In this document: positions 10,281-20,004 of the stretch, piece after piece
Position numbering within the stretch: the stretch's first letter is position 1
Layout of the letters: every line of letters starts with the position of its first letter
NCBI GenBank assembly: GCA_001774495.1
Contig: MFAE01000006.1
Coordinates: forward strand, 5,356-69,355
Source: Candidatus Campbellbacteria bacterium RIFOXYC2_FULL_35_25
Lineage (GTDB): Bacteria; Patescibacteriota; Minisyncoccia; Phycocordibacterales; UBA12079
Length of the DNA: 64,000 nucleotides
Reading direction: 5' to 3'
The notes under the pieces: generated by a model
Database searches by the model: none
What the model was told of the DNA's origin: nothing
Seen by the model: only the letters and a program-made list of their open reading frames with translations
Program-made: the position numbers and the translations under genes

Positions 10281-10538
10281 CTAACGTGCTTTCAATACCT
10301 CAGAAAAGCCAGCTATTTTGGACTTGTCGTGGATGAGGGAAAGAAAATACTGAGTTTTGTGCTTCCGACTTTTCATGTGACACAGAACGTAGTCATCTTG
10401 AACTCTTGTAGTAATAGAAAAGTGGAGATGTAGTTTTTCCAAGGCGGTATTTTTTGAGGCTACTCCAGTGACAACCCCTATAACTTTAGGAGTGACCGAC
10501 CCTTCCTTTTTAAACCTCCTCCTAACAAAAAAATCCAT
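10281..10538 (-). CDS. Orphan basic small protein (85 aa)
   Basis: AAGGAG SD before ATG 10538; TTGACC...TATCTT promoter-like pair upstream; own terminator. Confidence 0.6.
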   Translation of the reverse strand: MDFFVRRRFKKEGSVTPKVIGVVTGVASKNTALEKLHLHFSITTRVQDDYVLCHMKSRKHKTQYFLSLIHDKSKIAGFSEVLKAR

Positions 10539-10650
10539 GCTTTTCTCCTTATAGCTAAAGTTACATTTACTCTTCAAACATCCTAGCAACAAGATATCAA
10601 AAGCAAGGGCTTAGGTCAAACGCTAACCAAAAAAACATAACTTTTTGGCA

Positions 10651-10688
10651 AAAACAAAAAAATCCGCTTTGCGGATTTTTTTTGTTTT
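10651..10688 (-). terminator. Intrinsic terminator downstream of the cupin gene and ERIC-like element
   Basis: AAAACAAAAAAATCCGC-TTT-GCGGATTTTTTTTGTTTT. Confidence 0.75.
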
Positions 10689-10699
10689 CTTGATTAGTT

Positions 10700-10823
10700 G
10701 AATAAGTTAAAATTTTGATACAGTTCGAGGAAGTGAAAAAAAATTATTTGAGGCGTATTTATAATACGGTGAAAATAATTTTTTTAAAACTGACGAAGAA
10801 CTGTGCAAAATTTGGACTTATTC
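10700..10823. repeat. ERIC-like 124-bp long palindromic element, copy 1
   Basis: Ends GAATAAGT/ACTTATTC; central GAGGCGTATT..AATACGGTGA; overlaps the cupin stop codon. Confidence 0.8.
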
Positions 10824-11216
10824 TGTAGTTGTTCCATCAAAATGTTCATCATCAGCCTCAGCCTCTTCTTTTGTTGTATGGATAACTCCGTTTCTGTGAT
10901 GAGCTGGGGAATAGATAGTGTAAAGTTTCATATCTTCAGTTTCAGAAGTATTGATAACATTATGGTCTGTCCCGGCTGGAATTAGGATAGCAAAACCATC
11001 TTCAACAGCAGTTTCAACTCCATCTAAAATTACTTTTCCTTCCCCTGAATCTACTCTGAAAAATTGGTCAGTATCTTCATGAACCTCCATCCCAATTTCT
11101 TCCATTGGTTTCAGACTCATAAGAACTAGTTGGCTGTACTTCCCGGTGTAAAGAACTTCTCTAAAATTTGAGTTCTCTTTAGTTAACTTCTCTATGTTTT
11201 TTATAAATCCATGCAT
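10818..11216 (-). CDS. Cupin domain protein (mannose-6-phosphate isomerase-like)
   Basis: QLVLMSL..EEIGMEVH..DQFFRV..G.G; IPAGTDHNVINT; LYTIYSPAHH. Confidence 0.9.
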   Translation of the reverse strand: MHGFIKNIEKLTKENSNFREVLYTGKYSQLVLMSLKPMEEIGMEVHEDTDQFFRVDSGEGKVILDGVETAVEDGFAILIPAGTDHNVINTSETEDMKLYTIYSPAHHRNGVIHTTKEEAEADDEHFDGTTTE

Positions 11217-11232
11217 AATATTTTTAAATTAA

Positions 11233-11505
11233 TTAGTAATTTTCTATAATTATATCATAATGTTCTTTGTTATTTTTTCCAAATAACTCCAAACTTTTTT
11301 TATCACTTTTTTCCTTCATTTCAAATGACATTTCATTCCAATTATCCCAAATTCTTATCAATTCATTTTTGGTTGGTTCTTCATGAATAAGCTCAATCCC
11401 AGTCTCGGCTCTCCATAAATGAATTGGATCATTTAACAAACTATTAGCTACATCTTTAGGATACTTTTCTAAAATTTCTTTTTTTGAATAAGGAAGTTTA
11501 TACAT
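11233..11505 (-). CDS. Hypothetical protein (90 aa)
   Basis: ORF with a protein-like core DPIHLWRAETGIELIHEEP; start moved to ATG 11505. Confidence 0.65.
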   Translation of the reverse strand: MYKLPYSKKEILEKYPKDVANSLLNDPIHLWRAETGIELIHEEPTKNELIRIWDNWNEMSFEMKEKSDKKSLELFGKNNKEHYDIIIENY

Positions 11506-11531
11506 TAACCTTAATAATAACAAAGAAATTT

Positions 11532-11574
11532 TAGTAAAAAAAGGATTTTGCTTCGCAAAATCCTTTTTTTACTA
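11532..11574 (-). terminator. Intrinsic terminator downstream of secA and ERIC-like element
   Basis: TAGTAAAAAAAGGATTTTGC-TTC-GCAAAATCCTTTTTTTACTA. Confidence 0.8.
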
Positions 11575-11590
11575 CATATGTTATTGTTTC

Positions 11591-11716
11591 TAAATAATTT
11601 CAAATTTAGATACAGTTCGAGGAAGCAAGGGAAAATTTTTCGAGCCTTATTTCCTATAAGGTGAGAATAATTTTTCTGAAGATGACAAAGAAACTCGCCA
11701 ATTTTGAAGTTATTTA
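11591..11716. repeat. ERIC-like 126-bp long palindromic element, copy 2
   Basis: Ends TAAATAATTTCAAA/TTTGAAGTTATTTA; shares GATACAGTTCGAGGAAG with copy 1; abuts the secA stop codon. Confidence 0.8.
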
Positions 11717-14248
11717 TTATTTTCCACAGCACTTTTTGTATTTTTTGCCACTACCACAAGAACACAAATCATTCCTCCCCAGTTTCTCTCCCTGATTTAC
11801 AATTGGTTTTTGAACCTGCCCTTCTCCTTCTGACCCTGCTTTTTCGGTAATACTCTTTGCTTGTTCATGGATGGCTTGTAGTTGTTGCTGTTCTCTAACA
11901 AAAGCTCCAGCTCCCATACTTGGAATAAAGTGTAAAATCTTTTCATTGATTACCCACTGCATTTCCTTAAACATATTCAATCCTTCTCTTTTATATTCAA
12001 CAAGAGGGTCTCTTTGCCCATAGGCACGTAAATTAACTGATGAACGCAAATAATCCATTACTTCTAAGTGTTCTACCCAAAGCATATCAATAGTTTGCAA
12101 CATCAGTCTTCTCATAACATCAAAAAATTCGATGTCACCCAACAAACCCCTTTTTTCTTTAATAATTAACCCCAGACTTTCCCGAGTACCAAAAAGTTCC
12201 ACAGCTTCTTCGGATGAAGTGCTGTAAACTTCTTCAATAATTCCTTCCAAAATATCTTCTATTTCTTTATCTGTGCCAAACAAAATTTTTCTTCTTCTTT
12301 CGTAAACAATTTTTCTTTGGTAATTTAAAATATCATCATATTGCAAAACATGTTTTCTGGAATCAAAATTAAACCCTTCAATTTTTTCTTGGGCTGATTC
12401 AAGGGAGCGGGTTATCATTTTATTCTGGATAGCCTCATCTTCAGGGATTCCCAATTTGCCCATAAGATTTTTAACCATATCAGAAGCAAACACTCTCATA
12501 AGAGTATCTTCTAGGGAAACAAAAAATTGTGTTTCTCCTGGGTCTCCCTGCCTTCCAGAACGACCTCTCAACTGATTATCTATTCTTCGAGATTCATGTC
12601 TTTCTGTCCCCATAACAAACAATCCGCCCAAACTCTTAACTTCTTTATATTTTTCTGGGGTCATTGGAATACCGCCAAGTTTAATATCAACTCCTCGTCC
12701 GGCCATGTTTGTAGCAACGGTTACTCTACCTTTTTCCCCCGCTTGAGCAATAATTTCACCTTCATTTTCGTGATTTTTTGCATTTAATAATTCGTGTTTT
12801 ATTCCCTCCGCTTTTAAATACTGTGAGAGTAATTCATTTTTATCAATAGAAACTGTTCCAATCAAAACTGGCTGACCTGTTTTATTTAATTCTTTTACTT
12901 TTTTTGCTAGGGCTTTAAATTTTCCTGTCTCTGTTTGAAAAATTAAATCGTCCTGATCTTTTCTTTGAATATCTTGGTGGGTAGGAATAACCACTGTCTC
13001 CAAACCATAAACTTTGTAAAACTCTTCTGAAGAAGAGTGCGCTGTTCCTGTCATTCCTGACAATTTTTTGTAAAGACGAAAATAATTTTGGAAAGTAATA
13101 GAAGCATAAGTTCGTGATTCTTTCTGAACTTTTAATCCCTCTTTAGCTTCTATCGCTTGGTGTAAACCTTCTGACCACCTTCTCCCTGGTTGTAAACGAC
13201 CAGTAAATTCATCAACAATAATTATTTCTCCTTCTTTAACAACATACTCCTTGTTTGCATTAAAAAGCGCCTTGGCTCTAACCGCTGTTTCAAGATGGTG
13301 AACAAATTTGATTCCCTTTTCAGTATAAATATTTTCTATGCCTAATATTTTTTCTGCCTTTTCTACCCCAGCGTCTGTCAGTGTCACTGCTTTAAATTTT
13401 TCTTCTACCTCAAAATCTGTATCCCTAATCATTTTAGTCGCAATTTTCGCAAACTGTGCATACAAATCTTCTGAATCTGTAGTGGGTGTTGAAATGATCA
13501 AAGGGGTTCTCGCTTCATCAATAAGAATAGAGTCTATCTCATCTACAATAGCAAAGTTGTATTCTCTCTGACGAATTTGTTCTTTTCTGTATTCAATATT
13601 ATCTCTCAAATAATCGAAACCAAACTCGTTGTTTGTTCCATAAGTTATATCAGCTCCATAAGCCTCCTTTCTTGTGCAAGGGCGAAGAAACTCATCAACA
13701 ATTTTATAAGAACCTTCTTCATCTCTTTCTTTATCTAGTTCTGTGTGAGTTGAGTCATAAAGATATGATTGTTCACTGTTTATAATTCCGATACTCAAAC
13801 CAAGAGCTGAATAAACTTGTCCCATCCAAACAGCATCTCTTCGTGAAAGATAATCGTTAACAGTAACGACGTGCACTCCTTTTCCTTCTAAAGCATTCAA
13901 ATAAACGGGCAATGTCGCAACCAAAGTTTTTCCTTCTCCTGTTCTCATTTCGGCAATTTTTCCTTGATGTAAAATAATTCCCCCAAAAAGTTGAACATCG
14001 TAGTGTCTTTCTCCTAAATTTCGTTTAGATGTTTCTCTTACAAGAGCAAAAGCTTCTGGCAACAACTCATCTAGGGTCTCCCCCTCTTTCAACCTGTCTC
14101 TATATTCTTTTGTTTTATTTTTTAAAGCTTCTTCAGATAAATTCAAAAAACTATCCTCCCAAGAATTAATTTTTTCCACTAAAGGCTGAAGATCTTTCTG
14201 AGCCTTTTTATTTTCATCCCCACTTAATATTTTCTTTAAAAAATTCAT
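11717..14248 (-). CDS. secA: Preprotein translocase ATPase SecA
   Basis: MRTGEGKT, DEIDSILIDEARTPLIIS, ATNMAGRGVDI, RRIDNQLRGRSGRQGDPG, C-terminal SEC-C motif CSCGSGKKYKKCC. Confidence 0.99.
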   Translation of the reverse strand: MNFLKKILSGDENKKAQKDLQPLVEKINSWEDSFLNLSEEALKNKTKEYRDRLKEGETLDELLPEAFALVRETSKRNLGERHYDVQLFGGIILHQGKIAEMRTGEGKTLVATLPVYLNALEGKGVHVVTVNDYLSRRDAVWMGQVYSALGLSIGIINSEQSYLYDSTHTELDKERDEEGSYKIVDEFLRPCTRKEAYGADITYGTNNEFGFDYLRDNIEYRKEQIRQREYNFAIVDEIDSILIDEARTPLIISTPTTDSEDLYAQFAKIATKMIRDTDFEVEEKFKAVTLTDAGVEKAEKILGIENIYTEKGIKFVHHLETAVRAKALFNANKEYVVKEGEIIIVDEFTGRLQPGRRWSEGLHQAIEAKEGLKVQKESRTYASITFQNYFRLYKKLSGMTGTAHSSSEEFYKVYGLETVVIPTHQDIQRKDQDDLIFQTETGKFKALAKKVKELNKTGQPVLIGTVSIDKNELLSQYLKAEGIKHELLNAKNHENEGEIIAQAGEKGRVTVATNMAGRGVDIKLGGIPMTPEKYKEVKSLGGLFVMGTERHESRRIDNQLRGRSGRQGDPGETQFFVSLEDTLMRVFASDMVKNLMGKLGIPEDEAIQNKMITRSLESAQEKIEGFNFDSRKHVLQYDDILNYQRKIVYERRRKILFGTDKEIEDILEGIIEEVYSTSSEEAVELFGTRESLGLIIKEKRGLLGDIEFFDVMRRLMLQTIDMLWVEHLEVMDYLRSSVNLRAYGQRDPLVEYKREGLNMFKEMQWVINEKILHFIPSMGAGAFVREQQQLQAIHEQAKSITEKAGSEGEGQVQKPIVNQGEKLGRNDLCSCGSGKKYKKCCGK

Positions 14249-14374
14249 GATTTGCTTATATTAACACAAACGAGGTTCCAAATAAACAGAAGCTTGATTT
14301 TATTATCAAAATTGATTATAAATAACAACAGAAATCGGTAGTTAAATCTAAACCATTACAAAAAGGGGCGAAAA

Positions 14375-14542
14375 ATGGAAGGGACGGATTGTTTGTGTAA
14401 CATGGGGAAGATTTATGCCGGGGACTTCAAACCCAAAGTTCCTCTTGCGGAACAGTTTCAAATCTTCAAATGTGCTCAGCACTGTGGAAAAATGTTTTTC
14501 CTCCGGAACGGGCAATTCGTTGAAATGGCCCAACCACACTGA
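14375..14542 (+). CDS. Unannotated 55-aa cysteine-rich orphan (possible zinc ribbon)
   Basis: MEGTDCLCNMGKIYAGDFKPKVPLAEQFQIFKCAQHCGKMFFLRNGQFVEMAQPH; AAGGGG SD; TTGATT-17-TATAAA promoter; terminator at 14575-14610. Confidence 0.6.
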   Translation: MEGTDCLCNMGKIYAGDFKPKVPLAEQFQIFKCAQHCGKMFFLRNGQFVEMAQPH

Positions 14543-14574
14543 AGTCTAAGCAGCAACAGACCACACAAAAGAGC

Positions 14575-14610
14575 AAAGGGTTCCGGAGCGCTAGCTCCGA
14601 AACCTTTTTT
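14575..14610 (+). terminator. Intrinsic terminator
   Basis: AAAGGGTTCCGGAGC-GCTA-GCTCCGAAACCTTTTTT. Confidence 0.65.
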
Positions 14611-14631
14611 ACTTCCCATACTTTGTGTGCT

Positions 14632-14656
14632 ATGTGCTAAGCTAAGCTTAGCACAT
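14632..14656. repeat. REP palindrome downstream of RAYT
   Basis: ATGTGCTAAGCTAAGCTTAGCACAT. Confidence 0.8.
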
Positions 14657-14662
14657 TTTATT

Positions 14663-15346
14663 TTATTCAAAATCAATTACCAAATCTCTTTCTTCTTCAT
14701 CTTCTCCAAAGTCTTTAGTTCCACTTTTGTTATTAAATTCCTTATATTCTTGGTTATTATCAAACTGACCTTTAATAATTTCATAACTTAATAAATTCCC
14801 CCAACGACTCTCGCCAACATAATCCTGAAAACTTGACCATGGGTATTTTTCTTCTTTATTCTTCCATTCTTTTATACCTCTAGGATTTCTATGAATATAA
14901 GCAGATAGATAAAGTAATTGTTCGTTAGATTCAATATGAACTACCTTAAAGGTTCCTTGAAATAAATGCCCTGTTTTTGCATATTTTTTATTATGATATT
15001 TGGTAAAGGATGTACCGATTCGGTGCATATACTGAGAGATTCCACCCTCTTTTGTCTCCCTAAGAGTTAAATGAAAATGATTAGGCATTAAGCAAAAATT
15101 GATCAATTCAACATATCTGTTTTTTATAACTAAATCTAGCTGATCTTTTTTAAAATAAAAAAAATTTCTTTTTACAAAAAAACTAACTGAACGAGAAATA
15201 TTTAAAAAACTAAAGGTAGACTGAAAATAAATAATTAAAAATAAAAAACGAACATAATCACGAATGTCTAAAAAAATATTTTGTTTATTATTCCCCCTAT
15301 TATAAACGTGGTAATATTCACCCACAGAAATTTCTACTTTTCTCAT
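14663..15346 (-). mobile_element. REP-associated tyrosine transposase (RAYT, Y1 HUH family)
   Basis: YYHVYNRG, CLMPNHFHL (HUH), GHLFQGTF, YIHRNP (catalytic Tyr), YPWSS; flanked by matching REP palindromes; start moved to ATG 15346. Confidence 0.9.
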
Positions 15347-15371
15347 AAGTATTATAATACACAAAAACCTT

Positions 15372-15402
15372 AAAATGTGCAAAGCTAAGCTTAGCACATT
15401 TT
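15372..15402. repeat. REP palindrome upstream of RAYT
   Basis: AAAATGTGCAAAGCTAAGCTTAGCACATTTT. Confidence 0.8.
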
Positions 15403-15408
15403 GCACTT

Positions 15409-16479
15409 TTAGTTCCAAAACACAACCTCTGGTTCAATATCCAATCCTGTTTTTTCTTTTACCTCTTCGGTAATTTTTTGAGCAAGATTTTTAATTTCTG
15501 TGGAAGTTGCTTCTCCGTAATTTACTAAAACCAAAGACTGTTTTTCGTGTGACCCAACACACCCTTCTCGAACCCCCTTTAAACCCAAACCTTTATCTAG
15601 AATATAAGCTAATGCAATTCTAAAATTTTCAGCATTTTCCGAAGTCTCTTTACCATTATCTATTCTCAAAAAATTCTGATCGCATGAATAATATTGTAAA
15701 TCAGGAAAAAGGTTTTTTAAATCTTCTAATTGTTTTTTATTAACTACAGGATTTTTAAAAAATGAACCTGCTGTCCCAGTTTTTTTCAAATCAGGAAATT
15801 TATTTTTTCTAATCTCTACTATAATATTTCTCAAACCTTGAAGGGACACTTCTTTAATACCTCTTTCCAAAATAAGCCTTTCCACATCTTTGTAGCCAAA
15901 CTGTAAGACTCCTTCTTTTTTTAAGCTAAAACCAACCCTAACAACTACTAAATTTTCTCCTGATTCTTTTTTAAAAATACTGTCTTTATATCCAAATTCA
16001 CAATTCTCTTTTGGTATTTTTTTTATTTCATTTGTCTTTATATCAAAAACTTCAACCCAATCAACAACATCTTGAACTCTACCGCCATAAGCTTCAATAT
16101 TTTGAACAACGCTTGCCCCCACTGTTCCAGGAACAAGCGAAAGATTTTCTAAGCCATAGAGGCCCTTCTCGACACATTTTTCAACCAGCTCATCCCAAAT
16201 TTCCCCTGCCCCAGCGGAAACCTGAACAGTATTCGTATTTAACTCTTCAAATTCAATTCCCTTCATTTCGATCTTTATTATCAGACCATAAACTCCTTCA
16301 TCGGAAATTAACAGATTGGAACCACAGCCGAGTACAAAAACAGGCAGTGAGTTTTGTGTAGCAAAATTCACTGCCTGTTTTAAACCTTCAATATTTTTAA
16401 CCACAACAAAATACTTAGCCAAACCACCTGTTTTAAAAGTACAAAAATCAGCCAATGAAATGTTTTGTTGCATTTGCAT
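15409..16479 (-). CDS. murB: UDP-N-acetylenolpyruvoylglucosamine reductase
   Basis: TFKTGG, LGCGSNLL, GLENLSLVPGTVG, FGYKDSIFK, AGSFFKNP, LVLVNYG, IEPEV. Confidence 0.96.
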   Translation of the reverse strand: MQMQQNISLADFCTFKTGGLAKYFVVVKNIEGLKQAVNFATQNSLPVFVLGCGSNLLISDEGVYGLIIKIEMKGIEFEELNTNTVQVSAGAGEIWDELVEKCVEKGLYGLENLSLVPGTVGASVVQNIEAYGGRVQDVVDWVEVFDIKTNEIKKIPKENCEFGYKDSIFKKESGENLVVVRVGFSLKKEGVLQFGYKDVERLILERGIKEVSLQGLRNIIVEIRKNKFPDLKKTGTAGSFFKNPVVNKKQLEDLKNLFPDLQYYSCDQNFLRIDNGKETSENAENFRIALAYILDKGLGLKGVREGCVGSHEKQSLVLVNYGEATSTEIKNLAQKITEEVKEKTGLDIEPEVVFWN

Positions 16480-16480
16480 T

Positions 16481-17677
16481 TTATATTTGATTATACGAAT
16501 AATCTTTTCTCAACAAAGTCATAATAACTGAAGCAAGAGCTCCCAACAAGAAGACCCATTGCAGAGGCAAAAAGGACGCCATTATAATAATAATCACTCC
16601 CGAAAGAGCTTTCCCTAAATGAACTGCCATTTCATGCAAAACAGTAAACTCATCAACATAATGCCTCTTGCTGGCAACAATATCATAAAACATAGTGTCG
16701 AAAGAAGTCCTCGCAAAAATTTTCATAACATTATGGTAAACTCCCACAACAAATATATGAAAAGCTGTTAAGACAAATATTTTGATAACCCAACCAAGTG
16801 AATAAAGAAGTGTCCCCATCTTTAGAGCTCTTTTTTTCTCTCGGTTACCACCTCGGTCAAGTTTCCCCCCCAAAATAAATTGCAAAACCATAGTTCCAAG
16901 AATAATCAAAGCAGATACATAACCTACTTCAAAATAATTTCCACCAAGAAGCTGAAACATAAATATAGGCCATACGACTAGACCCACCATTGCCTCAGCT
17001 CCGTCTGCCATAAAAGCAAAAAAGCCAGACCTATTTTTTACCGACAAAAGTTCCTGCCAAGACTCACGATACCCCCAATCAAACCTTTCTTTTGTTTTAG
17101 GTATCTTCAGAAAAAACAGCCCGGCAAGTAGGTAAAGAACAACTCCAATGGCAAACACCACATCAAAACCATACTTAAGAATAATAAAACCAGAAAGAAT
17201 CGGGAGTAACCCTGCTAACAAATTTCTCGTTATATCAAAAAAACTCAATTGCTTTGCCCGATCGCCATCATTAGAAAATTTAGCAAAATCAGTGTGATAA
17301 GGAACCCAATGGAAAATTCTAAACAAAACCAAAACAATCACAAGGACAGGAGTTAGATAAAAATAATTTCCTTTATCTACAAAATAAATAATGACATACC
17401 ACAAAGCTCCAAGAAGAAGACTCACTCTCAGAGCATTTCTGAAACCAAATTTATTCAAAAACATCGCACCAAAAGAGACAGTAAGAGCATACAAAAAAGA
17501 GGTTATACCAAAGAAAAAAACAACCCACCTGACATCACCATCAAATAAATCAAACAAAAACAGAGGGACGAAGATTCCCAAAAAACCTGAGGCTATCATC
17601 AAAACAGCCTGAGCCCCATACAAAGAAAGAAACCCTTCTTTAAATTTTTCGTCAAAATAACCTTTTAAAAAATTCAT
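16481..17677 (-). CDS. MFS transporter
   Basis: About 12 hydrophobic segments with MFS-like loop motifs (LNKFGFR, GGKLDRGG). Confidence 0.8.
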   Translation of the reverse strand: MNFLKGYFDEKFKEGFLSLYGAQAVLMIASGFLGIFVPLFLFDLFDGDVRWVVFFFGITSFLYALTVSFGAMFLNKFGFRNALRVSLLLGALWYVIIYFVDKGNYFYLTPVLVIVLVLFRIFHWVPYHTDFAKFSNDGDRAKQLSFFDITRNLLAGLLPILSGFIILKYGFDVVFAIGVVLYLLAGLFFLKIPKTKERFDWGYRESWQELLSVKNRSGFFAFMADGAEAMVGLVVWPIFMFQLLGGNYFEVGYVSALIILGTMVLQFILGGKLDRGGNREKKRALKMGTLLYSLGWVIKIFVLTAFHIFVVGVYHNVMKIFARTSFDTMFYDIVASKRHYVDEFTVLHEMAVHLGKALSGVIIIIMASFLPLQWVFLLGALASVIMTLLRKDYSYNQI

Positions 17678-17686
17678 ATATTATTT

Positions 17687-19864
17687 CTAAGGATTTCGAC
17701 CAGCCTTAATTTCACTTATGTAATACTCCCCTTGTTCCTTAAACTCGGGATTAGTTTCTATAATACCCTGGAGGACTTCAATGGACTTTGTTCTTTGTCC
17801 TGCCTCAAGATACGCAGCAGAAAGAGACATTTTTGTCTGAGTATCCTCTGGATTTTTTTCTACATATAATTCCAATATATCGATAACCTTTTTGCTTTGC
17901 CCAGTCTCATAATAAGCCTTTAACAATCTATCGTCAGCAACCAAAGTAGAACCATATTCAGGAACCAACAAATCTTCAACCAATTGGTCTTCTCCGGCGT
18001 AAACAGCGGTAGATGCATAAGCCAATCTTATTTCACTAAAACTTGTGTCTAACTCAAAAGCGGTTTTTAAAACTGAGAGGGCTTTTTCGTAATCTTTTTG
18101 AACAAGATGAATAGTTCCGATTGCAAGCAAGATGGATTGTTTATTTGGAGAAGACTCAAGAGCTTTCTCTAAATGAACAAGGGCTTCTTCATAAGAGCCA
18201 CTACTGGCAAGAAAATCTCCCATAATAACTTCTAAACGAGTATTTTCTGGATCGGCTTCTATTTGTTTTGTCATTTCACCGTAAACAAAATCAAAAACTT
18301 TTTGTTTAGTGGCATCATCTGACTGATCAGAAGTCATAACTGATTTCAACGATTGAGTTAATTGTTCTCTGATTTCTTGGTTAGCAAATGTGTCATAAGA
18401 AAGAGCCTTTTGGAAAAGTTCTATGTTTTTTGATAATCCCTCTGGATGATTAATGATAGATTGAAGTAAATTAGTGTTAGCCAAAATAGGTTTTGCATTA
18501 AAAAAGTAAATTGAAAACAAAGCCACTATTATTACAGCCGGCACTAAAACAAAATTTGTTGTGTCTTTAATTTTAAGACTTTCCGTCTTTTCCTTTCCAT
18601 TTAAACTATGTATGAAGCCCAGGATAGCAAAGAAGAAGATAAAGCTGATTAAGTTATCAAAGACGAAGAAATTATGGATAAAATACCCTACTAGTAAACC
18701 GATTATTACTGCTTTGTCAGCAACAGAAAAGTCAGAATTTTTATCCTTGATTAGGTAGTAAATGATCACCCAAAATAAAGCCAAGTAACTTAACAAACCA
18801 AGAATCCCTCCAGCAATTAACCAATCAAAGAACACATTGTGGGTTCTATCAAACCACTGCTCTTGATTGAACATTCTTGGATTGTAATTTTTATTGAAAA
18901 CATAATTAAAATTTTCTTGTCCCCAACCTAGCAAAGGTTTTTCTTTAAAGCCTTCCCACGCCATATTCCAAACCATAAAACGAGACTTTGTGGTTGTTTC
19001 TTGCAAAGAAATATCCGCAAATCTTTTTAAAACTGGGCTATTCTGAACAAAATTGCTCTCTTTAAAACCCAAAAATAAACCGATTAACAAAATGGTTCCG
19101 GCCAGGCCACCAAGGCATATTCTTTTAAGAATAATCTTTTCTTTTTCAAAAATAGCAACAAATAAAGCTGTTACAAACAGTCCTCCAACAAGACCGAGCA
19201 AGGCCCCTCTGGTCGCAGTATTGTAAAGAGTAATTACTTGCAAAATAATCACCAAACCATAAATCCATTTTACGAAACTTTGTTTTTTTACTTTCAATAA
19301 CAAAAACAGGGTTAGGAAAATATGAATAAGCATATAAATCGCCAAATAGGAGGAATTGCCAAAGGTTGCATCCAATCTTGTGCTTCCTTGATGAATTTCA
19401 AATTTACCCGCTAACTGCATAAAACCATAAAAACTCATCAAAATGCTGGCTCCAATAGATACATTAAAAAATCTGTACCAAATTTCTTTTTTCATTAAAG
19501 AACTAGTAACAACAAAAAAACCAAACAAGTGCAAGAGAGTAACCCACCCTTCCATCCTCTCAAAGTTACTCCAAATACTTTTTAATGGGTTAACGCCAAC
19601 GATATCAGCTAAACCGATAACTGCCACAAAAACAGCTGACAATACAAGGACTAAAGAATTTTTGGGTCTATATTTAGCATTCAACAAAGCCAGAATTGCC
19701 CACAAACCAACCATTATCTCGACAAGAATTCTAAATGTAAAAGCTTTTCCTGTGATAAAAGGAAAAAATGTATTATTAAAAACAATAAAAGGAATAAAAG
19801 GTACTAAAAAGATAGCCCCGTAAATTATATACCTAAGTATATTCTCGATTTCTTTTGAATTCAT
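17687..19864 (-). CDS. O-antigen ligase-like (Wzy_C) membrane protein with C-terminal TPRs
   Basis: RLDATFGNSSY, TATRGA, SRFMVW..AWEGFKEKPLLGWGQENF, DRTHNVFFDWL; C-terminal TPR helices. Confidence 0.88.
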   Translation of the reverse strand: MNSKEIENILRYIIYGAIFLVPFIPFIVFNNTFFPFITGKAFTFRILVEIMVGLWAILALLNAKYRPKNSLVLVLSAVFVAVIGLADIVGVNPLKSIWSNFERMEGWVTLLHLFGFFVVTSSLMKKEIWYRFFNVSIGASILMSFYGFMQLAGKFEIHQGSTRLDATFGNSSYLAIYMLIHIFLTLFLLLKVKKQSFVKWIYGLVIILQVITLYNTATRGALLGLVGGLFVTALFVAIFEKEKIILKRICLGGLAGTILLIGLFLGFKESNFVQNSPVLKRFADISLQETTTKSRFMVWNMAWEGFKEKPLLGWGQENFNYVFNKNYNPRMFNQEQWFDRTHNVFFDWLIAGGILGLLSYLALFWVIIYYLIKDKNSDFSVADKAVIIGLLVGYFIHNFFVFDNLISFIFFFAILGFIHSLNGKEKTESLKIKDTTNFVLVPAVIIVALFSIYFFNAKPILANTNLLQSIINHPEGLSKNIELFQKALSYDTFANQEIREQLTQSLKSVMTSDQSDDATKQKVFDFVYGEMTKQIEADPENTRLEVIMGDFLASSGSYEEALVHLEKALESSPNKQSILLAIGTIHLVQKDYEKALSVLKTAFELDTSFSEIRLAYASTAVYAGEDQLVEDLLVPEYGSTLVADDRLLKAYYETGQSKKVIDILELYVEKNPEDTQTKMSLSAAYLEAGQRTKSIEVLQGIIETNPEFKEQGEYYISEIKAGRNP

Positions 19865-20004
19865 CGCATTAGAAATAATTAGTTTTTAACAGTCACAAAA
19901 CCCGTCAAATTAAAAAATTTCTAACGGGGTTCATATAAAGATAATCATATCATATAATAATTAGCAGAACAAAAAAACAAATGATATTATAAAATATAAC
20001 TTAA

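Noticed and set aside
11511-11732. ORFs 11511-11732 and 62366-62557
   Set aside because: Both are read-throughs of the ERIC-like palindromes and terminators, not credible proteins.
14348-14676. Minus-strand ORFs 14348-14539 and 14476-14676
   Set aside because: They run through the REP and terminator or lack an SD; the plus-strand 55-aa ORF has the promoter, SD and terminator.
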